A stretch of DNA of 24,000 nucleotides from Rhodospirillaceae bacterium (lineage in GTDB: Bacteria; Pseudomonadota; Alphaproteobacteria; UBA8366): positions 50,771 to 74,770 of the forward strand of contig PAZH01000081.1 in the NCBI GenBank assembly GCA_002716125.1, given 5' to 3'. Position 1 is the first letter of the stretch. The number at the start of each line of letters is the position of its first letter. The translations under genes were made by a program, and so were the position numbers. The notes below the pieces were generated by a model. That model saw only the letters and a list, made by a program, of their open reading frames with translations. It did not search any database and had not been told where the DNA came from. Below, piece by piece: positions 17,233 to 24,000 of this stretch.

Positions 17233-17466
17233 CTATTCGTTCAACGCGCCGCGCAAGCGCTCAATCGTTTCGCCGACTCGCAAGGCGGCGGTGTTCATCC
17301 GCTTTTCCATATCGTCGCGTTCGGATTCCGCTTGCTCGACTTGGCTCTTTAGATCGTCGATAACCGCCACCTGGTCCTGTTCCGAGTCTGACCGAGTCGC
17401 AACGGCCCGATCCAGGCGGGAAATAGCGTCGTGCAACCGTTTTTCGGCGTCTTCGAGTCGGGACAT
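17233..17466 (-). CDS. Small coiled-coil protein upstream of zapA (DUF4164/ZauP-like)
   Basis: 77-aa ORF that is entirely heptad-like and charged (LEDAEKRLHDAISRLDRAV...LKSQVEQAESERDDMEKR). It ends 10 nt before the zapA start. This placement matches my recollection of the alphaproteobacterial ZapA-associated coiled-coil partner. Confidence 0.6.
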   Translation of the reverse strand: MSRLEDAEKRLHDAISRLDRAVATRSDSEQDQVAVIDDLKSQVEQAESERDDMEKRMNTAALRVGETIERLRGALNE

Positions 17467-17725
17467 TTACACTTTCCGGGGCGGATTTTGCAGTCGAGGC
17501 CCTTACGAGCCGTTTCTATCACGGCAAAATACGCATGCCCCCAAGATGCGTCAACAATAGTGGAATCAAAGCAGTAGGATAGCGTTCTTACGATGTTGAT
17601 TTAGAGTCCGTCACACGGCATTGACGACATAGCAATCGAGCGGCATGTTGCCGCCTATTTCCGGCCTCGTCGCGATCCGAGCGGCGGACACCAAATTTAC
17701 GTTCGAGGAAATCGTCTTGTCTTCC

Positions 17726-19723
17726 ATGACAACAGGAAATTCCGACACCGCCCCCAATCCGCGGCAGATGTCGAACGCGATCCGTGCGCTTTCTATGGAT
17801 GCCGTGCAGCAAGCCAATTCTGGGCATCCAGGCGCCCCAATGGGCATGGCCGATATTGCCACGGTGTTGTTCACCAAGTTTCTGAAGTTCGATCCAAGCG
17901 ACCCGGCCTGGCCGGACCGAGACCGTTTCGTATTGTCAAACGGTCATGGTTCGATGCTGCTCTATTCGCTGCTCTATTTGACCGGCTACGATGACATCGA
18001 CATCGATCAAGTCCGCAACTTCCGGCAACTCGGTAGCCGGACGGCGGGTCATCCCGAATACGGCCACGCCCGCGGCATCGAGACCACAACGGGGCCGCTC
18101 GGCCAGGGCATTGCCAATGCCGTCGGCATGGCGCTCGCGGAGCGGATGATGGAAGCGCGGTTCGGCACCGATATCGTCGATCACTATACGTATGTTTTTG
18201 CCGGCGACGGCTGCCTTATGGAAGGTATCAGTCACGAGGCGATCTCGCTTGCCGGCCATCTGAAACTCGGCAAGTTGATCGTGCTATTCGACGACAATGA
18301 CATCTCGATCGACGGCCCCACGGATATGGCTGTCAGCGACGATCAGCTTAAGCGATTCGAGGCCAGCGGTTGGGAGACATCACGGGTCGACGGACACGAT
18401 CATGACGCCATCGCCGGTGCGATCGAAGCCGCTCGCAAATCGGACAAGCCGTCGCTGATCGCCTGCAAGACGGTCATCGGTTACGGCGCGCCGAATAAGG
18501 AAGGCACGGCCTCGACACATGGCGCACCGCTCGGCGATGATGAGATCGCCGGGGCCCGCGAGAAACTCGGCTGGCCGCACGCGCCGTTTGAAGTGCCCGA
18601 AGATATCCTGAACGCTTGGCGCAGCGCAGGTCGACAAGCGGCCGCTGAACGACAAGCTTGGAATGGCCGTCTCTCTGCGCTCGAAGCGGCCAAACGCGAC
18701 GCGTTCGAGCGAGCGGTCGCAGGCGATCTTCCGGCCGATTTCGACGCAGCTGTCGAAGCTTATAAAAAAGAGCTCGCTGAAGATCCGCCGAAACTCGCAA
18801 CACGTCAGGCGTCGCAGAAAGCACTGAACGTCTTGACCAAGGCGGTCCCCGAAATGATCGGCGGTTCCGCTGATCTAACCGGATCGAACCTGACCCTGGC
18901 GGACGGCATGGAGGCCGTGAGTGCGGAGAATTACGGCGGCTCTCATATCTATTACGGTGTGCGCGAACATGGCATGGCCGCCGCGATGAACGGCATGGCA
19001 CTGCATGGCGGGCTTATCCCGTACGGCGCAACTTTCCTCGTCTTTACAGACTATTGCCGGCCATCCATCCGGTTGTCGGCCTTGATGAAACAACGCGTCA
19101 TCTACGTGATGACTCACGATTCGATCGGCCTTGGTGAAGACGGCCCGACGCACCAGCCGGTGGAACATCTCTCCAGCTTGCGGGCGATGCCGAACGTGAA
19201 TGTTTTCCGCCCGTGCGATGCGATTGAGACGGCGGAGTGTTGGCAGATTGCTCTGCAGTCGAAAGAGACGCCCTCCGTCATGGCGTTGACGCGACAAGGC
19301 TTGGCGCCGACGCGGACGACCCATTCGGCCGAGAACCTCTCGGCCAAAGGTGGGTATATTGCCGCCGACGCCGACGGCGAACGTAAAGCGACAATCATCG
19401 CTACAGGGTCCGAAGTCGAAATCGCATTGGCCGCGCGCGAGGCGCTTCAGGCGGATGGAATCGGAACGGCAGTGGTTTCGATGCCTTGTCAGGAACTCTT
19501 CGACGCGCAGGACGAGGCGTATCGCCAATCGGTGCTCGGGCCTGAAAACGCCCGCGTTGCGGTCGAAGCCGCTGTAAAGCTTGGATGGGACCGCTATATA
19601 GGTCCCAAAGGCGGTTTCGTCGGCATGGACGGCTTCGGCGCGTCGGCGCCGGCGGGCGAACTCTATCAACCCTTCGGCATTACAGCATCGGCGGTCGAAG
19701 CCGCCATCCGGGAACGAGTATAA
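17726..19723 (+). CDS. tkt: Transketolase
   Basis: [42 protein letters not shown] (ThDP motif), and the pyrimidine-binding and C-terminal domains are all present. I set the start at ATG 17726; ATG 17768 is an alternative. The ORF-track start at 17645 adds a non-homologous extension. Confidence 0.93.
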   Translation: MTTGNSDTAPNPRQMSNAIRALSMDAVQQANSGHPGAPMGMADIATVLFTKFLKFDPSDPAWPDRDRFVLSNGHGSMLLYSLLYLTGYDDIDIDQVRNFRQLGSRTAGHPEYGHARGIETTTGPLGQGIANAVGMALAERMMEARFGTDIVDHYTYVFAGDGCLMEGISHEAISLAGHLKLGKLIVLFDDNDISIDGPTDMAVSDDQLKRFEASGWETSRVDGHDHDAIAGAIEAARKSDKPSLIACKTVIGYGAPNKEGTASTHGAPLGDDEIAGAREKLGWPHAPFEVPEDILNAWRSAGRQAAAERQAWNGRLSALEAAKRDAFERAVAGDLPADFDAAVEAYKKELAEDPPKLATRQASQKALNVLTKAVPEMIGGSADLTGSNLTLADGMEAVSAENYGGSHIYYGVREHGMAAAMNGMALHGGLIPYGATFLVFTDYCRPSIRLSALMKQRVIYVMTHDSIGLGEDGPTHQPVEHLSSLRAMPNVNVFRPCDAIETAECWQIALQSKETPSVMALTRQGLAPTRTTHSAENLSAKGGYIAADADGERKATIIATGSEVEIALAAREALQADGIGTAVVSMPCQELFDAQDEAYRQSVLGPENARVAVEAAVKLGWDRYIGPKGGFVGMDGFGASAPAGELYQPFGITASAVEAAIRERV

Positions 19724-19734
19724 GGAAACGAAAA

Positions 19735-20742
19735 ATGGCAGTGCGTGTAGGAATCAACGGATTTGGCCGTATTGGACGTTTGGTCATGCGAGCCGCAATT
19801 GAGTCGGGCCGCGACGACATCGAGTTCGTCGGCATCAACGATCTCGGCGATACGAAAAGCAACGCCCACCTTCTGAAATACGACACGGTGCATGGAAAGC
19901 TCGACACCGAGATCAGCACCGGCGACGATTGGATGGATTTCGGTAAAGGCAAGATCAAAGTCACGGCCGAACGCGACCCAGCAAAGCTGCCGTGGAAGGA
20001 ACTCGACGTCGATATCGCGATGGAATGCACCGGTATCTTCACCGATAAGGAAAGCGCCTCGAAACATTTGGAAGCGGGCGCCAAGCGCGTGCTGGTCTCC
20101 GCGCCAGCTTCCGGCGCCGATCTGACGTTGGTCTACGGTATCAACCACGACCAATTGGACCCGAGCCATACGGTCGTCTCGAATGCGTCCTGCACGACGA
20201 ACTGCCTCGCCCCGGTGGCGTATGTGCTCAACCAGGCAATCGGTATCGAGCGAGGTTACATGACGACGGTTCACGCCTTCACGGGCGACCAGCGCACGAC
20301 GGATACGCTGCACTCCGACATGCGCCGCGCACGGGCGGCGTCGCAATCGCTGATCCCGACCTCGACGGGTGCGGCGAAGGCGGTCGGCTTGGTCTTACCG
20401 GAGTTAAACGGCAAGCTGGACGGAACTTCCATTCGCGTCCCCACGCCGAACGTCTCGCTCATCGATTTCAAGTTCGATGCCGCGCGCGACACGGATGTCG
20501 CGGAGATCAATGGTGCGATCCAGCAAGCGGCCGCCGGCTCGCTGAAGGGTGTGCTCGACACCAATGACGAGCCGCTCGTCTCGATCGACTTCAACCACAA
20601 TCCGGCCAGCTCGATCTTCGATTTGACCCAAACGCAGGTCATCGAAGGACGCCTTGTCCGGGTTCTCTCCTGGTACGACAACGAGTGGGGCTTCTCGAAC
20701 CGGATGTCCGACACGGCCGTCGCCATGGCGAAGCTCGGCTAG
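19735..20742 (+). CDS. gap: Type I glyceraldehyde-3-phosphate dehydrogenase
   Basis: [16 protein letters not shown]-terminus and the catalytic [12 protein letters not shown] motif. An AAGGAA Shine-Dalgarno lies 11 nt after the tkt stop. The ORF-track start at 19585 lies inside tkt and is an artefact. Confidence 0.95.
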   Translation: MAVRVGINGFGRIGRLVMRAAIESGRDDIEFVGINDLGDTKSNAHLLKYDTVHGKLDTEISTGDDWMDFGKGKIKVTAERDPAKLPWKELDVDIAMECTGIFTDKESASKHLEAGAKRVLVSAPASGADLTLVYGINHDQLDPSHTVVSNASCTTNCLAPVAYVLNQAIGIERGYMTTVHAFTGDQRTTDTLHSDMRRARAASQSLIPTSTGAAKAVGLVLPELNGKLDGTSIRVPTPNVSLIDFKFDAARDTDVAEINGAIQQAAAGSLKGVLDTNDEPLVSIDFNHNPASSIFDLTQTQVIEGRLVRVLSWYDNEWGFSNRMSDTAVAMAKLG

Positions 20743-20754
20743 ACAGGAAACAAA

Positions 20755-20784
20755 CCGATAGGGTCGCCAAGGCGGCTCTATCGG
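20755..20784 (+). terminator. Strong stem-loop immediately downstream of gap (terminator-like, no U-tract)
   Basis: In CCGATAGGGTCGCC-AA-GGCGGCTCTATCGG, positions 20755-20767 pair with 20772-20784. The stem is about 13 bp including two G-U pairs, with a 4-nt loop. It starts 12 nt after the gap stop and is followed by GTACACTCTC. Confidence 0.45.
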
Positions 20785-20800
20785 GTACACTCTCGCCGTC

Positions 20801-21253
20801 ATGCAGATGGACGAGATTTCAAATCCCATCACTGTTTATGGGCCCGTACATGCGGACGCGGCGGCAAGTGTCGCGCGCGAAATGGGCACACCGCTCTTAC
20901 TGCTCAGTGCTGCCGGCGCCGCGGCTTCCATGGGACCGGCCTGGTTCCTTGCGCTGATTCGGCAAACCCAAGAACGCTTTCCTGAAGCCGACTTTCAAGG
21001 CGCACTCGATTGCGAGGCTTATGCCGGCTATGCGCTCGCCGCCTTACGGCAAGGTGTGAAGATCATCATCTACAACGGTCCGGCTTTCGATGCGATTGCC
21101 GATATCGCAAGTCAAACTGGTGCCCTCGTCTTGAGAGCGCGACCCGAAAGCCTGGACGCTCGCGTGGCTGAGGCGAGCGGGTCATTGGAAGACGCGATTA
21201 GGAAAACACTGTCGTCTCGTGGGCCAAGCGAAAGTGGGACGCCGGAAAAATAA
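20801..21253 (+). CDS. Hypothetical protein (150 aa, family not recognised; alternating hydrophobic-strand/helix pattern suggests a small alpha/beta fold)
   Basis: Intact ORF with codon usage resembling its neighbours. No Shine-Dalgarno precedes either ATG (20801 or 20807). I recognise no motif. Confidence 0.5.
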   Translation: MQMDEISNPITVYGPVHADAAASVAREMGTPLLLLSAAGAAASMGPAWFLALIRQTQERFPEADFQGALDCEAYAGYALAALRQGVKIIIYNGPAFDAIADIASQTGALVLRARPESLDARVAEASGSLEDAIRKTLSSRGPSESGTPEK

Positions 21254-21257
21254 AGTC

Positions 21258-21295
21258 GATCCCCTGGATTCCCGCCTTCCCTAGAATGACAATGG
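21258..21295. repeat. Decayed copy of a REP-like intergenic element (TGGATTCCCGCCTTC...GAATGAC type)
   Basis: GATCCCCTGGATTCCCGCCTTCCCTAGAATGACAA resembles, from memory, the widespread proteobacterial repeat TGGATTCCCGCCTTCGCGGGAATGAC. That repeat yields spurious WIPAFAGMT / GNPG peptides, and the antisense ORF 21112-21333 does read REGGNPG. Here the second hairpin arm is mutated (CCTAGA instead of GCGGGA). Confidence 0.3.
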
Positions 21296-21325
21296 CTGCA
21301 ATCACAAAGTAAAGAGGGACACATT

Positions 21326-21676
21326 ATGCGCATTCATAATCTGTACGAAGACGAGAACGGCGAATCGCACTTCCGCGACATCGAAATCGAATGGTCAGAG
21401 GAGCGGAATTTCAGCAAATACTCAGCCCGCATGCCGGCCAACGGAATCATATTTCGAGAGACGTCCGGCGATTACGACCTCGATTGGCATCCCGCCCCCC
21501 GCCGTCAATACATCGTCAACTTGGATGCCGGTGTGAAAATCACGGCCAGCGACGGCGAAGCGCGCGAAATCAAAGCGGGCGAAATCATCTTGGTCGAAGA
21601 TTTGACAGGCAAAGGTCATCTCTCACAATCACTCGGCGGACAAATGCGGCATTCGCTGTTCATTCCGATCGATTAA
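21326..21676 (+). CDS. Small cupin-fold protein (function unknown)
   Basis: 116-aa ORF with a good Shine-Dalgarno (AGAGGG). Its pattern is the single-domain cupin layout: G.SHF.D......DWHPAPRRQYIV.L.G...I..SDGE.R....GEIILVEDLTGKGH. The classical HxH metal motif is not evident. Confidence 0.65.
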   Translation: MRIHNLYEDENGESHFRDIEIEWSEERNFSKYSARMPANGIIFRETSGDYDLDWHPAPRRQYIVNLDAGVKITASDGEAREIKAGEIILVEDLTGKGHLSQSLGGQMRHSLFIPID

Positions 21677-21707
21677 GCAAACAACTCTTTCAGAAAAGGA
21701 TTCCATC

Positions 21708-22808
21708 GTGGCGGAAATAATCAGGGTCGGTATCGTCGGCGCAACCGTGACACAGGGCGGCAGCGGCTGGGGCGCCAATGCGCATGTCCCCGCACTCCAG
21801 GCCCTACCAAACTACGAACTCAAAGCCGTGTGTACGGCGCATGAAGATACCGCAAAGGCATCGGCAGAGAAATTCGGCGCTGACCTCGCTTTCCACGATA
21901 TAGGTGAGATGGTGGCGCACCCCGATGTTGACCTGATTGCCGTTGTTGTCCGCGTGCCTTGGCACCAAGACCTCGTGATGGCGGCCATCAACGCGAATAA
22001 ACCTGTTTGCTGCGAGTGGCCGCTTGGCGCCCATCTCCCAGAAGCGACCGAAATGGCGGAAGCCGCGGTGGCAGCCGGTGTCCCCAGCCTCGTCGGCCTA
22101 CAGGCGCAGAGCGACCCCGCCGTGATGTATGCCCGCGATCTCGTCGCTGGAGGTGAAATCGGCGACATCGTGACCGTCAATCTGCGCGTCATGGTGAATG
22201 CCATCCCAGAGCGGGGCGACGGTCGCATCTGGCAGGGCATTCGTGCCAATGGCGCCAACCCGATGACCATACCGGGCGGTCATGCGGTCGATGCGCTTTG
22301 CTATATCGCCGGCGAATTCGCAGAACTTAGCGCCCGCGTAACAACCCGTATTACGATGTGGAAACACGCGGTGACGGGCGAAGACTTCCCCGTCGACGCA
22401 CCGGACACCGTAACGGTCGCCGGCGTCCTCGAGAACGGTGCCGAAGCCGCTTATCAAGTGGCGAGTGTTCCTTACAACGCAAGCGGCACGAGCATGGAGA
22501 TTTACGGGCGGAAAGGCACGCTGAGACTAACGTCGAATTCCGTCAACATCGGCCCGAGCCGGCTCTTTATGGCAACCGGCGCCGACGAAATGGCGGAGCT
22601 GACACCGCCGGACGACTATATCCTCATTCCCAAGGATATGGCTGCAGGCCCTGGCCGAAACGTTGCGCAAGCTTATGCCCGCTTCGCGCAGGCGCGGGCC
22701 GCCGGCAAGAAGGCTTCACCGGATTTCGATGACGCCGTCGTCCGCCATGCCATGATCGACGCCATGGAGCGCTCACACGTCGAAGGTAAGGTGGTCCGAC
22801 TCCGCTAG
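21708..22808 (+). CDS. Gfo/Idh/MocA family NAD(P)-dependent oxidoreductase
   Basis: 366-aa ORF with a GTG start and an AAGGA Shine-Dalgarno. The N-terminal Rossmann segment is IRVGIVGA....GGSGWGANAHVPALQALPNYELKAVCT, followed by CEWPL (the EKP-like motif position) and the C-terminal alpha/beta domain typical of the family. Confidence 0.85.
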   Translation: MAEIIRVGIVGATVTQGGSGWGANAHVPALQALPNYELKAVCTAHEDTAKASAEKFGADLAFHDIGEMVAHPDVDLIAVVVRVPWHQDLVMAAINANKPVCCEWPLGAHLPEATEMAEAAVAAGVPSLVGLQAQSDPAVMYARDLVAGGEIGDIVTVNLRVMVNAIPERGDGRIWQGIRANGANPMTIPGGHAVDALCYIAGEFAELSARVTTRITMWKHAVTGEDFPVDAPDTVTVAGVLENGAEAAYQVASVPYNASGTSMEIYGRKGTLRLTSNSVNIGPSRLFMATGADEMAELTPPDDYILIPKDMAAGPGRNVAQAYARFAQARAAGKKASPDFDDAVVRHAMIDAMERSHVEGKVVRLR

Positions 22809-22811
22809 CGG

Positions 22812-23690
22812 CTACGCCGCGGCCTGTTCCGCCGTCGGCCCTTCCCCCCGCAGTGTGGTTCGACGCATGTCGCGGGGTTCTTCCGACGGGAACGGGCGCG
22901 CGCGGTGCATGGTGCGCCGGTTGTCCCAGATTACGAGATCGTATTGCCGCCATTCGTGGCTATAGACGAACTCGCGTTGCGTCGCGAGTTCGGTAAGATC
23001 TCGCAGCAGCGACAGTGCTTCCGGCCGCGGCCAACCAAGGATATCGCCCGCATGAGACGATAAGTAGACGGACTTCCGCCCGGTCGAGGGGTGAGTCCGC
23101 ACAAGGCTCTGTCGCACCGGCTGAAAACGGGCCTGCTCTTCCGCACTAAAGTCGGTGAAGCCCAGCAGACGGCGTGAATACATCTGCGAATGTTCGCAGA
23201 CCAAGCCCTCGATCATCTCTTTCGTCTCTTGATCGAACGAGTCGTATGCCGCCCGCATATCTGCGAATTCCGTATTGCCGCCCTTAGACGGAATGCTGCG
23301 CGCGTGCAGGATCGAGTATTTCGCTGGCGTCACCTTAAACGAACTGTCCGAATGCCAGAGCCGATTGCCAATGGCGAAAAGCCGGCGGCGATCGTCGTGG
23401 GCGAAGGGCTTATTGTTTTGATCGAGATTGGACACATCCGCGAACGTCGTCGGTAGTCGATATTCGTTCGCCGCGCGAAGACTGGTGCCGATGGCCTCTT
23501 CCAACTCCCCGAGACTGCGACTGAAGGCGAGTTGTTGGTCGTCGGTGAAGCGTTGGTCGTGAAACACCAGCACCGCGTACTCGTCCATTCCGGCGTGAAT
23601 TGCACCGATCTCACCGGTGGAAAGCGGTTGCGTAAGATCGATGCCGGAAACCTCTCCGGCAAAGCAAGGTCCGACCTGGCGAATTTCCAT
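22812..23690 (-). CDS. TauD/TfdA family Fe(II)/2-oxoglutarate-dependent dioxygenase
   Basis: 293 aa from ATG 23690 (Shine-Dalgarno AAGGGGA). GEVSGIDL, YAVLVFHDQ, the facial triad H-x-D in LWHSDSSF, a distal His in WDNRRTMHRA, and Arg are all present. The ORF-track extension to 23792 overlaps the upstream gene. Confidence 0.85.
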   Translation of the reverse strand: MEIRQVGPCFAGEVSGIDLTQPLSTGEIGAIHAGMDEYAVLVFHDQRFTDDQQLAFSRSLGELEEAIGTSLRAANEYRLPTTFADVSNLDQNNKPFAHDDRRRLFAIGNRLWHSDSSFKVTPAKYSILHARSIPSKGGNTEFADMRAAYDSFDQETKEMIEGLVCEHSQMYSRRLLGFTDFSAEEQARFQPVRQSLVRTHPSTGRKSVYLSSHAGDILGWPRPEALSLLRDLTELATQREFVYSHEWRQYDLVIWDNRRTMHRARPFPSEEPRDMRRTTLRGEGPTAEQAAA

Positions 23691-23707
23691 TATTTTCCCC
23701 TTCACGC

Positions 23708-24000
23708 TTAGGCGTATTTCCCCGTGAGTTGCGGTGTATGGGCGCCCTCCAGCCCTTTCTCCTTGTGCTGGAGGCGCGTATCGCGCGCCCACGTGCGTTT
23801 CAGATCGTCTTGCACGTTGAAGTGCAACCGCCCAAGCCCTTCGACTTCAAGCTCGATCTTATCGCCGTCCATAAAGGCATTGAGCCCCCGATGATTGGTA
23901 CCCGTGGCCACGAGATCGCCCGGCGAAAGTGTGTGAATGGAACTTAGCCATTCGATACAGCGCGGAATTTTGTGGGCCATGTCGTCTGTGTTGAAATCCT
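23708..24000 (-). CDS. Fumarylacetoacetate hydrolase (FAH) family protein; C-terminal fragment, N-terminus lies beyond the right edge
   Basis: The frame is open to the window edge (..DFNTDDMAHKIPRCIEWLSSIHTLSPGDLVATGTNHRGLNAFMDGDKIELEVEGLGRLHFNV). This is the FAH-family C-terminal signature (L.PGD...TGTP.G). The internal Met at 23980 is not the true start. Confidence 0.8.
   Translation of the reverse strand, partial: DFNTDDMAHKIPRCIEWLSSIHTLSPGDLVATGTNHRGLNAFMDGDKIELEVEGLGRLHFNVQDDLKRTWARDTRLQHKEKGLEGAHTPQLTGKYA

Noticed and set aside
21112-21333. 73-aa minus-strand ORF containing REGGNPG.
   Set aside because: It overlaps the 3' end of the 150-aa plus-strand ORF and the cupin start. Its distinctive peptide is just the translation of the REP-like repeat fragment.
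1-24000. Searched by eye for tRNA-like T-arm motifs, CRISPR repeats, terminal inverted repeats, integrase or transposase ORFs, toxin-antitoxin pairs and defence-system genes.
   Set aside because: None were found. All intergenic gaps of about 130 bp or more are accounted for above, and every sizeable ORF outside the shadow frames matches a housekeeping or simple metabolic family.

Overview
This window reads as alphaproteobacterial-type core chromosome with moderately high GC. I could not support a novel multi-gene system, and I saw no CRISPR array, integrase or transposase, toxin-antitoxin pair, recognisable defence gene, tRNA or rRNA.

Layout:
- Positions 1-17466 form one uninterrupted minus-strand array of 20 tightly packed, often overlapping housekeeping genes. 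In transcription order they are: ZauP-like coiled-coil protein, zapA, a 6S RNA candidate, 5-formyl-THF cyclo-ligase, YmdB-type phosphoesterase, yebC, ruvC, ruvA, ruvB, ybgC, tolQ, tolR, tolA, tolB, pal, cpoB, tilS, ftsH, glmM, thiD, and a hydantoinase-B/oxoprolinase gene truncated by the left edge.
- A 259-bp divergent region separates this array from tkt-gap on the plus strand.
- pgk does not follow gap. Instead there is an unrecognised 150-aa ORF, a decayed REP-like fragment, and a small accessory-looking enzyme set: a cupin and a Gfo/Idh/MocA oxidoreductase on the plus strand, converging on FAH-family and TauD/TfdA genes on the minus strand.

Observations most worth a second look:
1. An unannotated, roughly 170-nt 6S-RNA-like structure in the zapA to cyclo-ligase gap.
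2. ftsH has no ATG or GTG start that preserves its first transmembrane helix. A Shine-Dalgarno-positioned CTG start is the best reading.
3. The uncharacterised ORF and enzyme cluster that interrupts the usual gap-pgk neighbourhood.

All product calls come from reading the translated ORFs and recalling family motifs. No database search was run.
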